A DNA stretch of 60,259 nucleotides, counting the filler, from Sluysia triapertura (lineage: Eukaryota): the NCBI GenBank assembly GCA_046118255.1. It is 4 parts of 4 records of this genome, joined end to end, with 100 filler letters (N's around TTAATTAATTAA, not from the genome) between each part and the next. Parts side by side here need not be neighbours in the genome. Positions count along the whole stretch, not along the records: positions 1 to 16,933 come from JBJNIA010195598.1; 3 more parts are not named here. One strand, written 5' to 3'. Below are positions 1-12,200 of this stretch, one piece after another. The notes beneath the pieces were generated by a model. It searched no databases. It had not been told where the DNA came from and saw only the letters and a program-made list of their open reading frames with translations. Position numbers and translations under genes: made by a program. The number at the start of each line of letters is the position of its first letter. Positions within the stretch are counted from its first letter, which is position 1.

Positions 1-133
1 AGAAAAAAGCAAAGTTCTTTCTGTTTCAGAAATATTATGGTGAATGATTTACCATAAGCGCTTTTGAGTACTTTCGCGGTAGATATGAGCGCAATATAAA
101 TTAATGTATTATTATTATATTATTATTATTATA
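1..133 (+). mobile_element. 3' terminus of L2/CR1-type LINE (ORF2 end, stem-loop, ATT tail)
   Basis: Encodes KKAKFFLFQKYYGE* followed by AAGCGCTTTTGAGTA...TGAGCGCAATATAAAT and (ATT)n. Near-identical to 51347-51470, where more of the LINE ORF2 is preserved. Confidence 0.75.
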
Positions 134-2502
134 TAAAACAATCTGTTGACATGTAGACATAACAACTGTTGAGATTAGATTAGAAATTGTCTTTAGTAGT
201 TTCCGATCCGATATACAACTCATTCTAGAAGTAATTAAATAAAATGGCTGCTGCAAAATTTTCAGGCAATCTAGATTTTTTAATCAATAAAAAAATTTAT
301 TTTAATATATTATAATTATTAAATTTATTTTTGTAAAGTATAAAACTTATACATTAATCGTAAAATTGGTCTAATTTTATTAGGAATAAAATAAGGCCTT
401 TATTAAAAACACAATTTCCTTCTACAGGTATCTTTATGCAGCTTTAAAATAGCATATATTCATTTTTATGAACCTTTAGAAATGTCAATCATTGATGATT
501 TTATTGAACCATACAATCACGATAATGCTCAATTAGCTACAACGAAAGGCCTCAAACAATGATAACTCCAGACAATAAATACGTAATTTAAAATAAAACT
601 TTAAACATAATACGAAAAATAGATCCATATTAAAATAATAAAAGGAGAACAAAATATCAAAGATACAATTATTTCACATCTTATTACTTTAGAAAGTGTG
701 AGAAGTTAATATTTATATAAAAAGAAACATTTCAAGACATCAGAAATACTTCAAACACGACAGAATAAAATGCATACTTAGTGTGTGTGCTGAAAATTTC
801 ATTAATTGTTTTATTTAATGTAACAATTGTTTAAATAATTAATTTTGTTTTATGTTGGTAGATAACTTGGTAATGTAAAATTTTGGATTATTAGGCGAAT
901 CACTACAAAGTGTTTGGTTGTGAGACCGGGAATTGATTGGAAGATGAGAGAGTATAAAATAAAGACTTCTAAATTTTTAACGCACAATAACAACAATGAC
1001 ACAATTATGCAATTATCCAGTGAAGATCCATGCACAGGGTAATGTTCTTGTTTATTTTTTATTTTTATTTTATTATTTTAAAATTAAAATAAGGTAATTA
1101 ATTGATTTTATTAAAGGGAAGATAATTGTATACAAAATCATTCTAATTTTGTTTATTCTTATCATCTATTTCCTTATAAATCTGAATTGTAATCTTTTTG
1201 GTTTCATTTCACATTCAAAAAGAATTTTACAAGTCTTCTTCTACCTCAATGAATTTTTGTATATCTGTGAGTATCATTGTATCATATATTCATTAAAAGC
1301 ATTTATAGGTATAGTTATTTCTTCTACAAAGTTTATCTTTTCATCAATTCTGAAAACTTAGTAAGACACATTATCAAAATGTATAATCTCAACAATAACA
1401 ATATAAAATGGACAAATTAAAATTAAATGTTAAATTAAAAATTTATCGAAAATCTTATAGTCCAATTAAAATTTATATCAAAGTTAAATATAAATTTGTA
1501 AAGTTAGTCAAATATATCGAACTTAAACAAAACTGTAAAACTTCTAATAATATTCAATGAACTATATTTAAACTTATCATAAACTTAGATAATGAATCAA
1601 ATTACCAAACATAAATATGAATTTTTGATTTACTCGGATTTATTTTTCGTGTTCTTTAGATTTATTTCTGATTTTAAGGCATTCGAAAATGTTTATTTTT
1701 AGATTTATTTAAAATCAAGATATTTCTTATTTATTGTTCTATAATAGATACCAACCATTTTAATTTACATATTGTTTACTAAAAATGATGATTTGGGCTA
1801 AATCTTAGCCACAATGACACCTTCTACCTTATTTACATCAAGTTACTATTATTGTCATACATTACTTGACTACATACTAAGTTTTAATCATTCATTTTTG
1901 AAATAATCTAACTTAAAAATGTACCTTGTTACTATGAGATCATAATTCAATTATATTCAATATTGAATAATTTACCATTCACAAGTTCTCTAACCATCAT
2001 CATTCATTTGTATAATTCTATATTATTATTCAAATTATATTATATTGATTTTCTATCTTTAATTTATATTAATAAAGACAGAATTATATGGTAATATCCA
2101 AAAATAAGCAATTTAGGCAATATATTATACGGTATTTAATTACAAGAAAATTATGGATTGTAATAAAATAAATATATAGACACATTGCTCTTAATTGAAC
2201 ACATAAATATCAATACACATATCTAGGTTATATATATTCACATTTTTGTTATTATTTTACTAATTTAATATAGATTATTCAATAAAAAAGTTAAAATTTT
2301 ATAGTAGAAAATGTAATTAAAATTAAAAACATTTTAAAAAATGAATTAATAATTGGTCAAAGTTCAACAAATCATAATCTATAAAGTAGTTTAATATTTA
2401 TGAATTTTTATACATATGTAGAAATTCATTTTATTTGTGATTTGACAAATTAATGTGATAAACAATTTATTGATTTATTTTATTTTCGTTTTTTTTCTTA
2501 CA

Positions 2503-3651
2503 ATGTCAATAATTGATTTTACAACATCACACAATGTATCAATGAAAGAAATTAATGATTATTACAAAATTGGATTTAAACGATTAGAAAGTTATTATTT
2601 ATCATGGTATTTACCTATGACAATATTTGTGGGTTTTTTTGGTAATATCGGTTGTTTGATTTTTATGATAAAATCGAAATTATTTCCACGTAATGTATTA
2701 ATTTGGATGATTTGTATATCAGTAGGTGATTTATTGATCTTGTCATTAGATGCAACCAGAATGTTGTTAAAAGTTTGGTTTAGTTTTGATATTCGAGATG
2801 TAAATGATTTTATGTGTAAAATACACACTTTTCTATCGAATTATTTCTTTTATTGGTCCAGTTATATGCAAGCTTGTATGTCAGTTCAGAGATTAATATT
2901 GATGCTATATCCGTTACGAGCTAGAACATTCTTTACCACTAAATTAGTAGTCATAATATGTTGTGTGTTTACAGGTCTCATTGTTTTCCCGAATATACCC
3001 TATTTAATATACTGGGATGTATCGAAGAAGAAGCATGATTGTGAACCAACATCGGATTATTTGTACACTATCATTACTATTCTCGATATAATTATCTGGG
3101 GATTTATGCCTCTATTGACAATGACAACGTCAACAATAGGTATTAGTATATCTGTATTTAAGGCATCAAATGAACGACGTGAAATGTCACAACAAAATTC
3201 CAACCTAATTATTCAACCGGATAACAGTAATGATAACAACAATATCAAATCCAGTACGCACTGTTCCCAAAAAGATGGTGCTTGGCATGTTACTCGTTTA
3301 TTAATAAGCATGAATATGCTGTATTTACTAAGTGCTTATCCGTTATTAATTTACCAGATTTATTTGAATGTTGGCGGTAACAAAGTTAATCGTATAATAC
3401 CTCAACAATTACACAAAACAATTTATTACACATTACGAAGCATTTGTTATGTCAGTTCAACATGGAATTGGGTGTTTTATTTCTTCGGTGGTAGAAAATT
3501 TCGACAAACAGCGTTTAAGATTTTACATAAGCAATTGTGTTGTTTGTGTGGCACTCATATATCATCTACAGATAATACGGTATCACTACATGGAATGTCA
3601 AAAGTAAATAATAAAAATTCATCTACAAAATTCACCAATACCAATATGTAG
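2503..3651 (+). CDS. Class A (rhodopsin-like) GPCR, FMRFamide/neuropeptide-receptor-like, intronless
   Basis: 398-codon ORF, first ATG at 2503, seven hydrophobic segments. Motifs: TM1 GN (FFGNIG), TM2 D (SVGDLL), Cys at the top of TM3 (FMCKIH), DRY-equivalent SVQRL...YPL, TM6 P (SAYPL), TM7 NWVFY followed by GRKFR helix 8. Confidence 0.93.
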   Translation: MSIIDFTTSHNVSMKEINDYYKIGFKRLESYYLSWYLPMTIFVGFFGNIGCLIFMIKSKLFPRNVLIWMICISVGDLLILSLDATRMLLKVWFSFDIRDVNDFMCKIHTFLSNYFFYWSSYMQACMSVQRLILMLYPLRARTFFTTKLVVIICCVFTGLIVFPNIPYLIYWDVSKKKHDCEPTSDYLYTIITILDIIIWGFMPLLTMTTSTIGISISVFKASNERREMSQQNSNLIIQPDNSNDNNNIKSSTHCSQKDGAWHVTRLLISMNMLYLLSAYPLLIYQIYLNVGGNKVNRIIPQQLHKTIYYTLRSICYVSSTWNWVFYFFGGRKFRQTAFKILHKQLCCLCGTHISSTDNTVSLHGMSKVNNKNSSTKFTNTNM

Positions 3652-4210
3652 ATTGATTGATTCATTCTCAGTTTGATTATCTTGTAGCCAATTGGGTTGA
3701 TGTTAGTTGAAATCAACGTATCTTTAAATGTGGATCTAGACATTTCGAACGGAATATAAACCACGATCAATTTTAACTCACATTTTTTCTATATTTATAT
3801 AATGTATTTTAAATTTAAATTTAATTTGTGTTTAAAGTAGTTATTTAATAAAATAATAGTATCATTACCACTTATAAATAACTCAAGTACAACAAAATAT
3901 TGTTTAAATATTCATTACAATTATTAAAATCATGTGTGTATATTTAAATTTCAAATTTATATATATAATTTATTATTTTTTGAATGCTTTATTATAAAGA
4001 TTATATTCTAGTTTCCAATACAATTTCACAAACATACTCAAGCTTTTTAAGACCATTGAAAGTGATTTACTATAATTTACAGGACAGATCTAGATCTAAA
4101 TAATATTCAGAACTCTGAAGTGATGCTCTAAAATAATCAACCTTAGAAAGATATATTAATTAGGGTTAAACAAATGAACCAACTTTTTCTTTGTTTCTTC
4201 GTATAATAGT

Positions 4211-4683
4211 TGTCATCACAACCCTCTTAAATGCTATTAAAACACTTTAAAATCATTTAAGAATCTTTTAAAACATTTAAAACCACTAAAAAATAGTTAT
4301 TTTCGAAAAAAGAAAATTCACTTCTAAAAATAGAATAGAAGCTTCTAGAATGTTTTAGAACATTCCATCGATTACTATTGGCAGTATATAAACTAGCATC
4401 AGTTTAAATTAGTCGCCATCTATTAATCGTCATTTTGGATTTAACGACAACTTTCATTTTATACATTGTTACAACTTTATTTGCGTTGTTCCGCAATTTT
4501 GATTTAATTCAATCGACATTTTGGTGATTCATTTCAATTTTCCTTATTCCATGAAAGAATAAACTTTGTTAATATTAATAATAATCAAAATATTAAAATA
4601 TACTTAAATTTCAATTTTACTATTTTATTGTAAGAACCCAGATATACTGAGGGAAAAAATTTAACTTAAACTTTGATCCCACA
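4211..4683 (+). repeat. HSE-promoter module copy 1 (LTR-like)
   Basis: Alternating nGAAn/nTTCn array 4338-4365, ATTGG, TATATAAA 4385, TCAGTT/TTAGTC, CGCCATCT, and a 3' CCCAGATATACTGAGGG motif. Candidate ends TGTCAT...ACA, no TSD. Homologous to 4852-5328, 21055-21385 and 40880-41340. Confidence 0.7.
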
Positions 4684-4851
4684 AAAATTTTATTCATAAA
4701 ATAATTATTTGATGTTTGTTTTTTAACTTTTTGAATACATTTTAGTTGTGTATAAAACATTCTTGTAATAAAATCGTTATTGGTTGAATTTTTATTACAG
4801 AATGGATTTCGTTCAATTTGTTAGGTTGTCATTGCAAGAATAATTTAAAAA

Positions 4852-5328
4852 TGTCATAATAACACTTTAAAATTATTTAAAACTATCAAAAATTAATTAA
4901 ATCATATAAAACGCTTTAAAACCATTTATTAATCTTTAAAATCACTTTAAAAATATTTATTTTCCAAAAAAGAAAATTAGCTTCTAGAACATTCCATCGA
5001 TTTTCATTGGCTGGTGACTGGTATATAAACTAGCATCAGTAAAATGAAGATCGCCATTTTGGAAAAAACAATTTTTCGTCAATTTCCTTCAGTTTACTGT
5101 GTGATTCGAGAAATTGTGAAATCTTAGCAATCGTTCACAATTTACAGTTTTTCATCGATTTGGAAATTATCCTCCGGGTAATATCAATTCCATTTTTAGT
5201 AATTTATTTATTTGTAAGGCGATTCCTAAGTTGAAATCATAAAATTCAGGCAAATTTTATATTATTTTGTAAAGTTTTTTAAGTCCCCGATATATTGAAG
5301 GGTAAAATCCACTCAAATTATATTAACA
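4852..5328 (+). repeat. HSE-promoter module copy 2 (LTR-like)
   Basis: CTTCTAGAACATTCC-ATTGG-TATATAAACTAGCATCAGT-CGCCATTTT, plus the 3' motif CCCCGATATATTGAAGGG at 5285. Begins TGTCAT like copy 1. Confidence 0.7.
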
Positions 5329-5534
5329 CTAGATTAAACGCCCAGGGAGCTTCAATTTCTAAATTATATTATATTTTTACTTTTTACATTAACTCTAATT
5401 AAAAATTTTTTTGTATTTTGAATAAAAAATTAATAATTTTGTGTTGTTTAATAAATTATTAAAGTAATACATTTGAGCGATTGTAAGATCTTAACCATAT
5501 AACATTTGAGTTTAGATAAATTATTAGCTTACAT

Positions 5535-6786
5535 TGTTACGGAAGCGTCCTCTTTACGATATAAGACTCTGCTCAAAAATATTTTGTTGTATGTTAAGAG
5601 TTAGCAAAATTTGGCACCCGAATTGGGACCAACACAAGTTAATGAATAACGTTAAATTTTGACATAAGTTGAATGTTGAAAGTATTAAAGATAAAGTATT
5701 AAAGAGTGAATTTTTGAGTATTTGGACATTATAAACTGAATTTAAGCATTAAATTTATAAGTTAAATTGAGATTAAGCATTCAATTTAGGATAATTTTTA
5801 AGTTGTGTCATTTTAGAAGTAAGAATGTTATTATTTTTCGAGTTAAGTTAAATTTTAGTATTAGTATTTGAATTTTTGACTGTTTTAAGTCATTTTTTAA
5901 GCATTGAATTTAAATTTTTATAAGTTTTTACGTTGATTTGATAAGTTTAGGTAAGTAAGTTTAAGTAAGTTTAATATTAAATTTAAGTTGTTTAATTTTG
6001 AATTTTTATGCCATAAATGTAAGTTATTTTGCATATTTTTTTGATTAAGTTAGGTTTCCAGTAAGTTTAAGCTTTCGAATCGTGGATTTTAATAAGTTTA
6101 AGTGTTATATTTTGAATTTTTTAAGTCATGAGTTATAAGTTGTATCGAATATTTTGATAATTAACTTAAGTTTCTATTAAGTTTAAGTTATGATAAGTGA
6201 ATATTTGGAATATTTTTTAAGTATTTGATAAGTTATAGTTGATTTTTTTAAGTTTTCATTTAAGTTTAAGTAAGAATTTATAAGTTTCTTATGTATTTGC
6301 ACTAATTTTATAAGTTTTGTACGATTTTTATAAGTTTGACACTACGTTATATAAGTTTAACAGTTATTTTAAGTTGTCTTATAAGGATTTCATTAAGTTT
6401 TCATAGTATTTATTAAGTTTCATTTGATCATTTGAATTTTACATAAGTTTTAAGTAGGTTACATCCATAATTTTGATAAAAGTTAAGCATACAAATACGA
6501 TTTTCCTGCGATTTTATTGAATTAAAGTATCTTTTAGAATTTTATCTAAGTTGTTTATACGTTTTCTTGATTTAATAAGTAAATTTTATAAGTTTTTGAT
6601 CTTTTGTTAGGTTTTATAAGATATTTGACGATTTTTAAAATTACCCCACCAAGTTTTATATTAATTTTGATAATAATTTTAAGTTTATTTGACAAGTTAC
6701 CTATGTTTTGAGTTTGATTACAAGTTTATTTTATAGTTGTTAAGTTTAAGTTTATTGATAAAAGCTTCCCGATTAAGTTTTGTAAG
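5535..6786 (+). mobile_element. Possible LTR retroelement 5' end: short TG..CA segment, tRNA-Lys-type primer binding site, degenerate TAAGTT-rich internal region
   Basis: TGTTAC...TTAGCA (5535-5606), then TGGCACCCGAATTGGGAC (5612-5629), a 15/18 match to the tRNA-Lys PBS TGGCGCCCGAACAGGGAC. This is followed by about 1.1 kb of C-poor sequence full of TAAGTT words. Confidence 0.5.
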
Positions 6787-6944
6787 TGTTAGACTTCGTA
6801 AAATGGACTGACCGGGGATCGAACCCGGGACCATCGTCTACGCAGTCGATGCTCTACCACTGAGCTATCAGCCCCGTCTAACAAATTCATTTTTATTAAA
6901 TTCAAGTTTACCAAATGGCACTTTTAGGCCTTTTTACCCCAACA
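6787..6944 (-). mobile_element. tRNA-cassette mini-element copy 1 (pseudo-tRNA-Ala-like at 6804-6874)
   Basis: Highly similar to 18087-18246 and 23053-23214. Has an A box (TAGCTCAGTGG), a B box (GGTTCGATCC), an acceptor stem GGGCTGA/TCAGTCC with G3:U70, a TTTT terminator and a non-canonical anticodon arm. Confidence 0.8.
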
Positions 6945-7810
6945 ATTCGCTCGCGCCTACCATTTCATTTGCGCAATACGAATATAAACACTCAAACCTT
7001 ATATAGGCAATCCAAGAACTTTCCGCAAACTATTGGATATGATGAGAAAATGCATCATATACTTAAGGGCTTCCTCGGTCTGAAAAATTTTCCATTTAAC
7101 AAATTAACAAAATCATGGTGGCCTCAGTTTAATTTCCTCTTACGATGACTATATATGCCAGAATACAACTTTTTAATAGTTGAAAAACCCTAATTCGCAT
7201 CCTAGCTTTACTGGAAATACCCCGGAGTCGCTTCTGACAGACTGAATAAAGTTGATAATATGTCTGATGCCCTTTTGTGGCTAAATGGTGTTAAAGCCGG
7301 TAAACGCGCAAAACTTCAGACATGGTGGACAAAAATTCGCCGATCAATCCTTAATCTGTTCCGCAAATATAAAATCAGTGTCAGCTTCGTTTATTGTGAG
7401 GAACACATTAAACTGAATGTTAAATATGACATTCTTGGAGATTTCGAAGTTACTTTTAATCGGTTTCATAAAGATAAAGTGGGGAAATATCTGCATGAGC
7501 TGATTAATCATTCCAACACCAATTCCGGGAAATCCCGTAAAGTCAAAGGTCGCTTTGTCGAAAAGTCCTCTATCTGGTCGTCATTTCCCCTCCAATTAAG
7601 AAACCAGTGTTGGATTTTCATGACTAAAGCCAGGAAAAATATTCTGAAACTTAATTTTTGAACCAAAAAAATTCTACTTAATCTTCCTCTTACCTGTCGT
7701 TGGTGTGGCTTCGAGCGAGAAACTCTTGCTCGTATATTATGTCTTTGTCCACATAGAGTCAGTGGCCGTACAGTAAGACATAATAAAATTTTAGGTGTTT
7801 TGTGTTTTGA
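6945..7810 (+). mobile_element. Degenerate RLE-type (R2/NeSL/R4-like) non-LTR retrotransposon, C-terminal region
   Basis: ORF fragments 6915-7148 and 7260-7661 continue past a stop into CRWCGFERETLARILCLCPHRVSGRTVRHNKIL, the CCHC zinc knuckle plus RHN motif that precedes the restriction-like endonuclease. Frameshifts and stops are present. Confidence 0.75.
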
Positions 7811-7919
7811 GGGCGTTTGTATTCAATTTTAGTCTTAAGATTTGATGATATCGTCATGTTTTTTCGTTAGTCAGGTATAGTATGATTTTAATTTTAAATT
7901 CTTTTAACAAATTATAAAT

Positions 7920-9250
7920 CTTTATATTTTAGACTTAAATTTAATAAATTTAGTTTTAAAAATGTCAAGAATTTTATCATCGTTTATTTTATAAAAATCT
8001 AATAAATACATGATCATTACGTAATTCTTTCTAAAGAGCAAAAAACCTTTTAATATACTAATACGAAAATTTAAGACAATAAGATTAATTGACATATATT
8101 TGAACAGCGACAAAATTATATTTGAATTTAAAAAATTGTTTTCCACTTCTATTTCTTCTTCTAACCCCTCGTAGCGTAGTATGCACTATTGCGCTTCACC
8201 TTCCGGTTGACAAATGTGTGAACTAAAATATGTCAAGAAATGTAAAAAATTAGCACTCACGCAAATTGTCTCTAGGTTTAGGACGCCTTCGACAAAACAC
8301 TCTGGAAATTCTTCAACTATGCATTCATATATCAAAATCTTGCGTCGCAGTACTTTGTTGGAATATTGGTACTGGTTCACCAAGTTTAGATCTTTAAATG
8401 AGTTTCCATACATAACAAAGCTTCTGATCCTTGAGTTGTTTAAATAAGTAACATTTGACCCATTGTTGATCATGAGGATAATAATATTTAGGCATAAATT
8501 GGTCATGTCTATCAGCACTTTAATAATTGTTTGTGACCAAGCTAATGATGCAGTCTTTCCCTGTACTGTACTTAAATCTACGTCATGTAAATAACAATCG
8601 TGATCACGATCATAAAATCTAAACACATATCTGTTCCGTAATTCTCCTCTTTGACTATCGTGCGCGGCTTCGGCATTCATACAAGCTACATCAACTGAAA
8701 ATTGTTGATACGATAAACACAAATAATCAGAATGAAATAAGAAACTTTTAAAATATTGTTCAACATCTTTATCGATTTTCTGTCGCTTTTTATAAATCTA
8801 TGGAACTGTGGGGAAACCATCTTACGAGATGGATACGAATATTTCATGAACGCTTCATAAATATTTTCTGTGATTGTTTGTAAATGAACTTCGTAATTTT
8901 GTATAGGAAAAATAGAGTGTAATCCGAAATAACTTAAAATGATATTGATCGATTTACTAAATTGTTCAATCTCTGAAACGAAATATAAGTCTGCTGTTGA
9001 GGGATGAAATGGATAACATAAATCAATTAAAACTAGATCTTCCGATGAGAGTGATTTCATTAAATTATAACAAAAGATATAATTGTTGTCTTTTACATTT
9101 TCATATTTTTGAAAATACACGTTTAATGATTCTGCACTGGTAATAAGATTTAGATCGCCAACAAACAGTTTGATACATAAATCTAATTTGGTATACTTCG
9201 TTTTAATAGCATTATTGTGGTTTATGTTTTTTTATTTAAAGACAATAATA
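7920..9250 (-). pseudogene. Multicopy EF-hand-like gene family, copy A (N-terminal part)
   Basis: Overlapping ORFs 8686-9120 and 8186-8722. Contains the EF-hand-like loop FRFYDRDHDCYLHDVDL. Peptides align with copy B (FVMYGNSFKDLNLVNQ vs IVIYTNDFNRFVFVNQ) and copy C (ITENIYEAFMKYS vs IKENFIDSMKYT). Confidence 0.6.
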
Positions 9251-9424
9251 ATTTTTATTTTTATCTTAAAAATTTTTCTAATGTTTATTCTGTAATTAGT
9301 AGTAAATAGTTCGCTAATACTGCATTCTTGCCATTGGTTGTCCAATCACGACTCTTATAATACACTGTACAATTTTTGCGTCGTAATTGGATGTTGGTGC
9401 AAATAATTAATTTGTGGTATTGAA

Positions 9425-9486
9425 CCACCATCAATAGTGACATATGAATAAAAATAATGAATAAAGTGTCACCATTGATGATGGCG
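9425..9486 (-). other. Conserved long hairpin upstream of family copy A
   Basis: Minus strand reads GCCATCATCAATGGTGACA...TGTCACTATTGATGGTGGT (about 19-bp stem with G.U pairs). Homologous to 13111-13173. Confidence 0.7.
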
Positions 9487-10924
9487 ACAACCAAAGTAAT
9501 TTGATTTTTAAAATTATTAGTTGATTGATAATAATAATAACAATAATAATATTGTTATTATATTATTAGTAAATAAAAATTAATTTACATAAATATTTCT
9601 GTTGATTAAAATCCACATGAACTTTTCTTTCAATATCTAATATTTCTTACATATAAATAAATAAAAAAAGAGAAACAGAAACAGATGGCATCTGTGAAGG
9701 AGCAACGGTAACGAGATATACTACGTATCAGTTATCGTTGTTACATCACGGCAAGACAATGAATTCTTTAAAGCTGTAATAAATTTGTTGAGAATTCTTG
9801 AAGTTAAATGGTTTGAATTGTAAGTGAAATAAAGAATGTTAGAATAAATTCTTAGAATTTATTTAAGGTTTATAATTGAAAACAATATATATGCATTGAA
9901 TATAATGGTTTGAAATACTTATTGAAAGGTTGGAGTTTATTTAATTTAAAATACTATTACGAAATAAATCTTAGCGTAATTGTAGTGTCGTTAAAAATGA
10001 GTATTGATAATGAACATGTGTAAATGAAGTGGGTTTAGTTTGGTGTAGTTGGTTAGAGATTTTAATGTAAATGTTTTCTATGTCTGAGGTACTTGTTAAC
10101 GTTGTTAAATGGTGTTTATATATTTATGGTTTCTGTATTATATATTATGGTTATGGTTTGTTTGATAAAATAGCTTTTGAGTGAATGTTGTGGATTATTC
10201 GGGATTGATTATCAGAGTATGTTGTGATTCGATTTGAAAAAATAGTTTCATTTAAACAATAATTTTAATATTTATTAATATTTACAAATTTTTACATTTA
10301 AAATTTTACTTATTTAATTTATTAATAGAAAATTTTTACAATTTTTAATATATTTAATTTTAATTTCAATATTTAGTGTTTGCACACAATAATATTTAAA
10401 TATCTCATGGACTATTTTAAGACTATTTTATAATTATCCAATTCAACCTTTTGAAAGCGGAATATTTCAGTTTTAATTGGTTTATTTAATTTTATTAAAA
10501 TTATATTTATAATGACTAAGATCACTTGATTCATTTTCAGATTAAAAATTTACACTTTCGACTTGTTTACTTTGCTATTGATTGTTGTTATCGATCTACT
10601 GTGGTACTGAATTGAAATATTGACAATTAATGAATTAATTTTAGAAAAACATCATGAATCCAGCTCGAGAAATGGTAGAATCGGCAGTCCCTCGTCTAAA
10701 TTCTAAAGAAAGTGGCACAGTACGCATTGATCCGTAATGTTTTAATGTCAAAAGTACAAAAGAACTTAACTTGAATTTTTTTCAGCTATTGCGAGGAACA
10801 AGTGCTGCGTTATCTAAAAAATCATAAAATTTGCTCTTATGAAATGTGTACCCCGTTCTGTGGTTATGTGGAAATTCCATTCCAATTTTTAAATACCTTA
10901 GTTAGACCTTCTATTTTTTGGGTA

Positions 10925-11130
10925 TCATTAATTATAATTATATTATTACTAATAATAATAATGATAATAACAATTATAGTTGTAATAATAATATTATTAT
11001 TATTAATATTATTATTAATTTTAAATAATATTATTATTAAATTTATTATTATTAAATTTATTTAATAATAAATTATTATTAAATAATTATTATTAATAAT
11101 TATTTAATAATTATTATTATTATTAAATTT
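10925..11130. repeat. Degenerate (AAT/ATT)n low-complexity tract
   Basis: About 200 bp made almost entirely of AAT/ATT triplets. Confidence 0.85.
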
Positions 11131-11139
11131 ATTTCTAAT

Positions 11140-12200
11140 ATCGTTATTATTATATTTAACATTAGATTCATTACGAACACAATTATCGTCGTCCATGTAC
11201 AAGTAATTATGAAATTGGTGCTTAAGGCACAGAATTTTTATCATTATTGAAAGTCTTAATATAAAAATTGCACGAAAACTTTTTATTAATTTTACAAACA
11301 AAAAGAAAGTGTTTTACACACTTGTTCAATAATCACTTTCAAGACAAAACTTAACAAAGTTTCCTTCATCATAGTAATCAAACTAACTAGATTGTCCAAG
11401 AGTACAGTCAGAGATGCTGTTACTACGTATTTGCAGTTCACTGCGCGGGTCATGTCTCGAGCGATACATAGTCCTGGATAACCTATTCTGAATTATTGAT
11501 TTCCGGATTCTGCCTAGGGCTGAAAAACGAGTTTAATGCACCTAAGTAAATCCTTATAACATGACACACAAGACGATCTTTAGTACTACAAAAACTAAAA
11601 ATTACAAGAATTATAAGAACTAAAAAGGCAGAATGAATAGTTATAATAAAAGAGCGGTTTTATAACGAAATTTGTCATTGGAACGTAAGTTTCCGTAAAA
11701 ATTGCCTTAATCACTGTGCAGCCGTTGTGATACATATATTCGAAACATCAAAATTCGTATATCTAATTTGATCGAGTTATTAATTACAATAAAATTTAAT
11801 TTTACAATTACAATAGAAAATTCAAATTTAACGTTTTTAATTACTATAAAATTTATTTCAACACACTCATTCAGCTCTTGCATGACTGAACTATATCGTT
11901 AACAGCATCTTCAATATCCTTTTCTTTGGTATCACGAGCGACACTATAAATTGAATCGAGGTTGCAAAGGTAGTTTACTTACGAACCGCATTAAAAGTAT
12001 CGATTGAATATAGATTTTATAAAGTGACAGATTCTGCAACAACTTTGTATAATTATTTTTATAATGGATTTTTAAATAATCTCAAACGGGGTAATAAGTA
12101 GAAAAGCTTTGAGGATTGTTAAACCGATCCAAATTAAAAAGATGTCAGTAAACAAAACTTTCTTGATAACTTTTAGGGTTAGTTTTAGAAAATATTTACT
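11140..12200 (-). pseudogene. Multicopy family copy E (middle part), split by a solo LTR
   Basis: Exact 14-mer TGTGCCTTAAGCAC (CLKH) shared with copy C at about 48236. DTFNAVRK here aligns with NMFNVVRR in copy B (about 14465). Confidence 0.5.
11323..11863 (-). mobile_element. Solo LTR (541 bp) with 4-bp TSD CACT
   Basis: Ends TGTTCAA...TTCAACA (imperfect inverted ends, TG..CA). Flanked by CACT at 11319-11322 and 11864-11867. TATAAAAA on the minus strand near 11660. Confidence 0.75.

Noticed and set aside
6804-6874. Functional tRNA genes (also 18104-18174 and 23126-23197)
   Set aside because: The anticodon arm has a mismatch and a 6-nt or mispaired loop and differs between copies. Treated as pseudo-tRNA within a repeat.
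10802-11065. Hydrophobic Ile/Leu-rich ORFs as membrane proteins (also 12943-13128, 17130-17465, 18491-18754, 40189-40470)
   Set aside because: These are by-products of ATT repeats and T-rich strand bias, with no family motifs.
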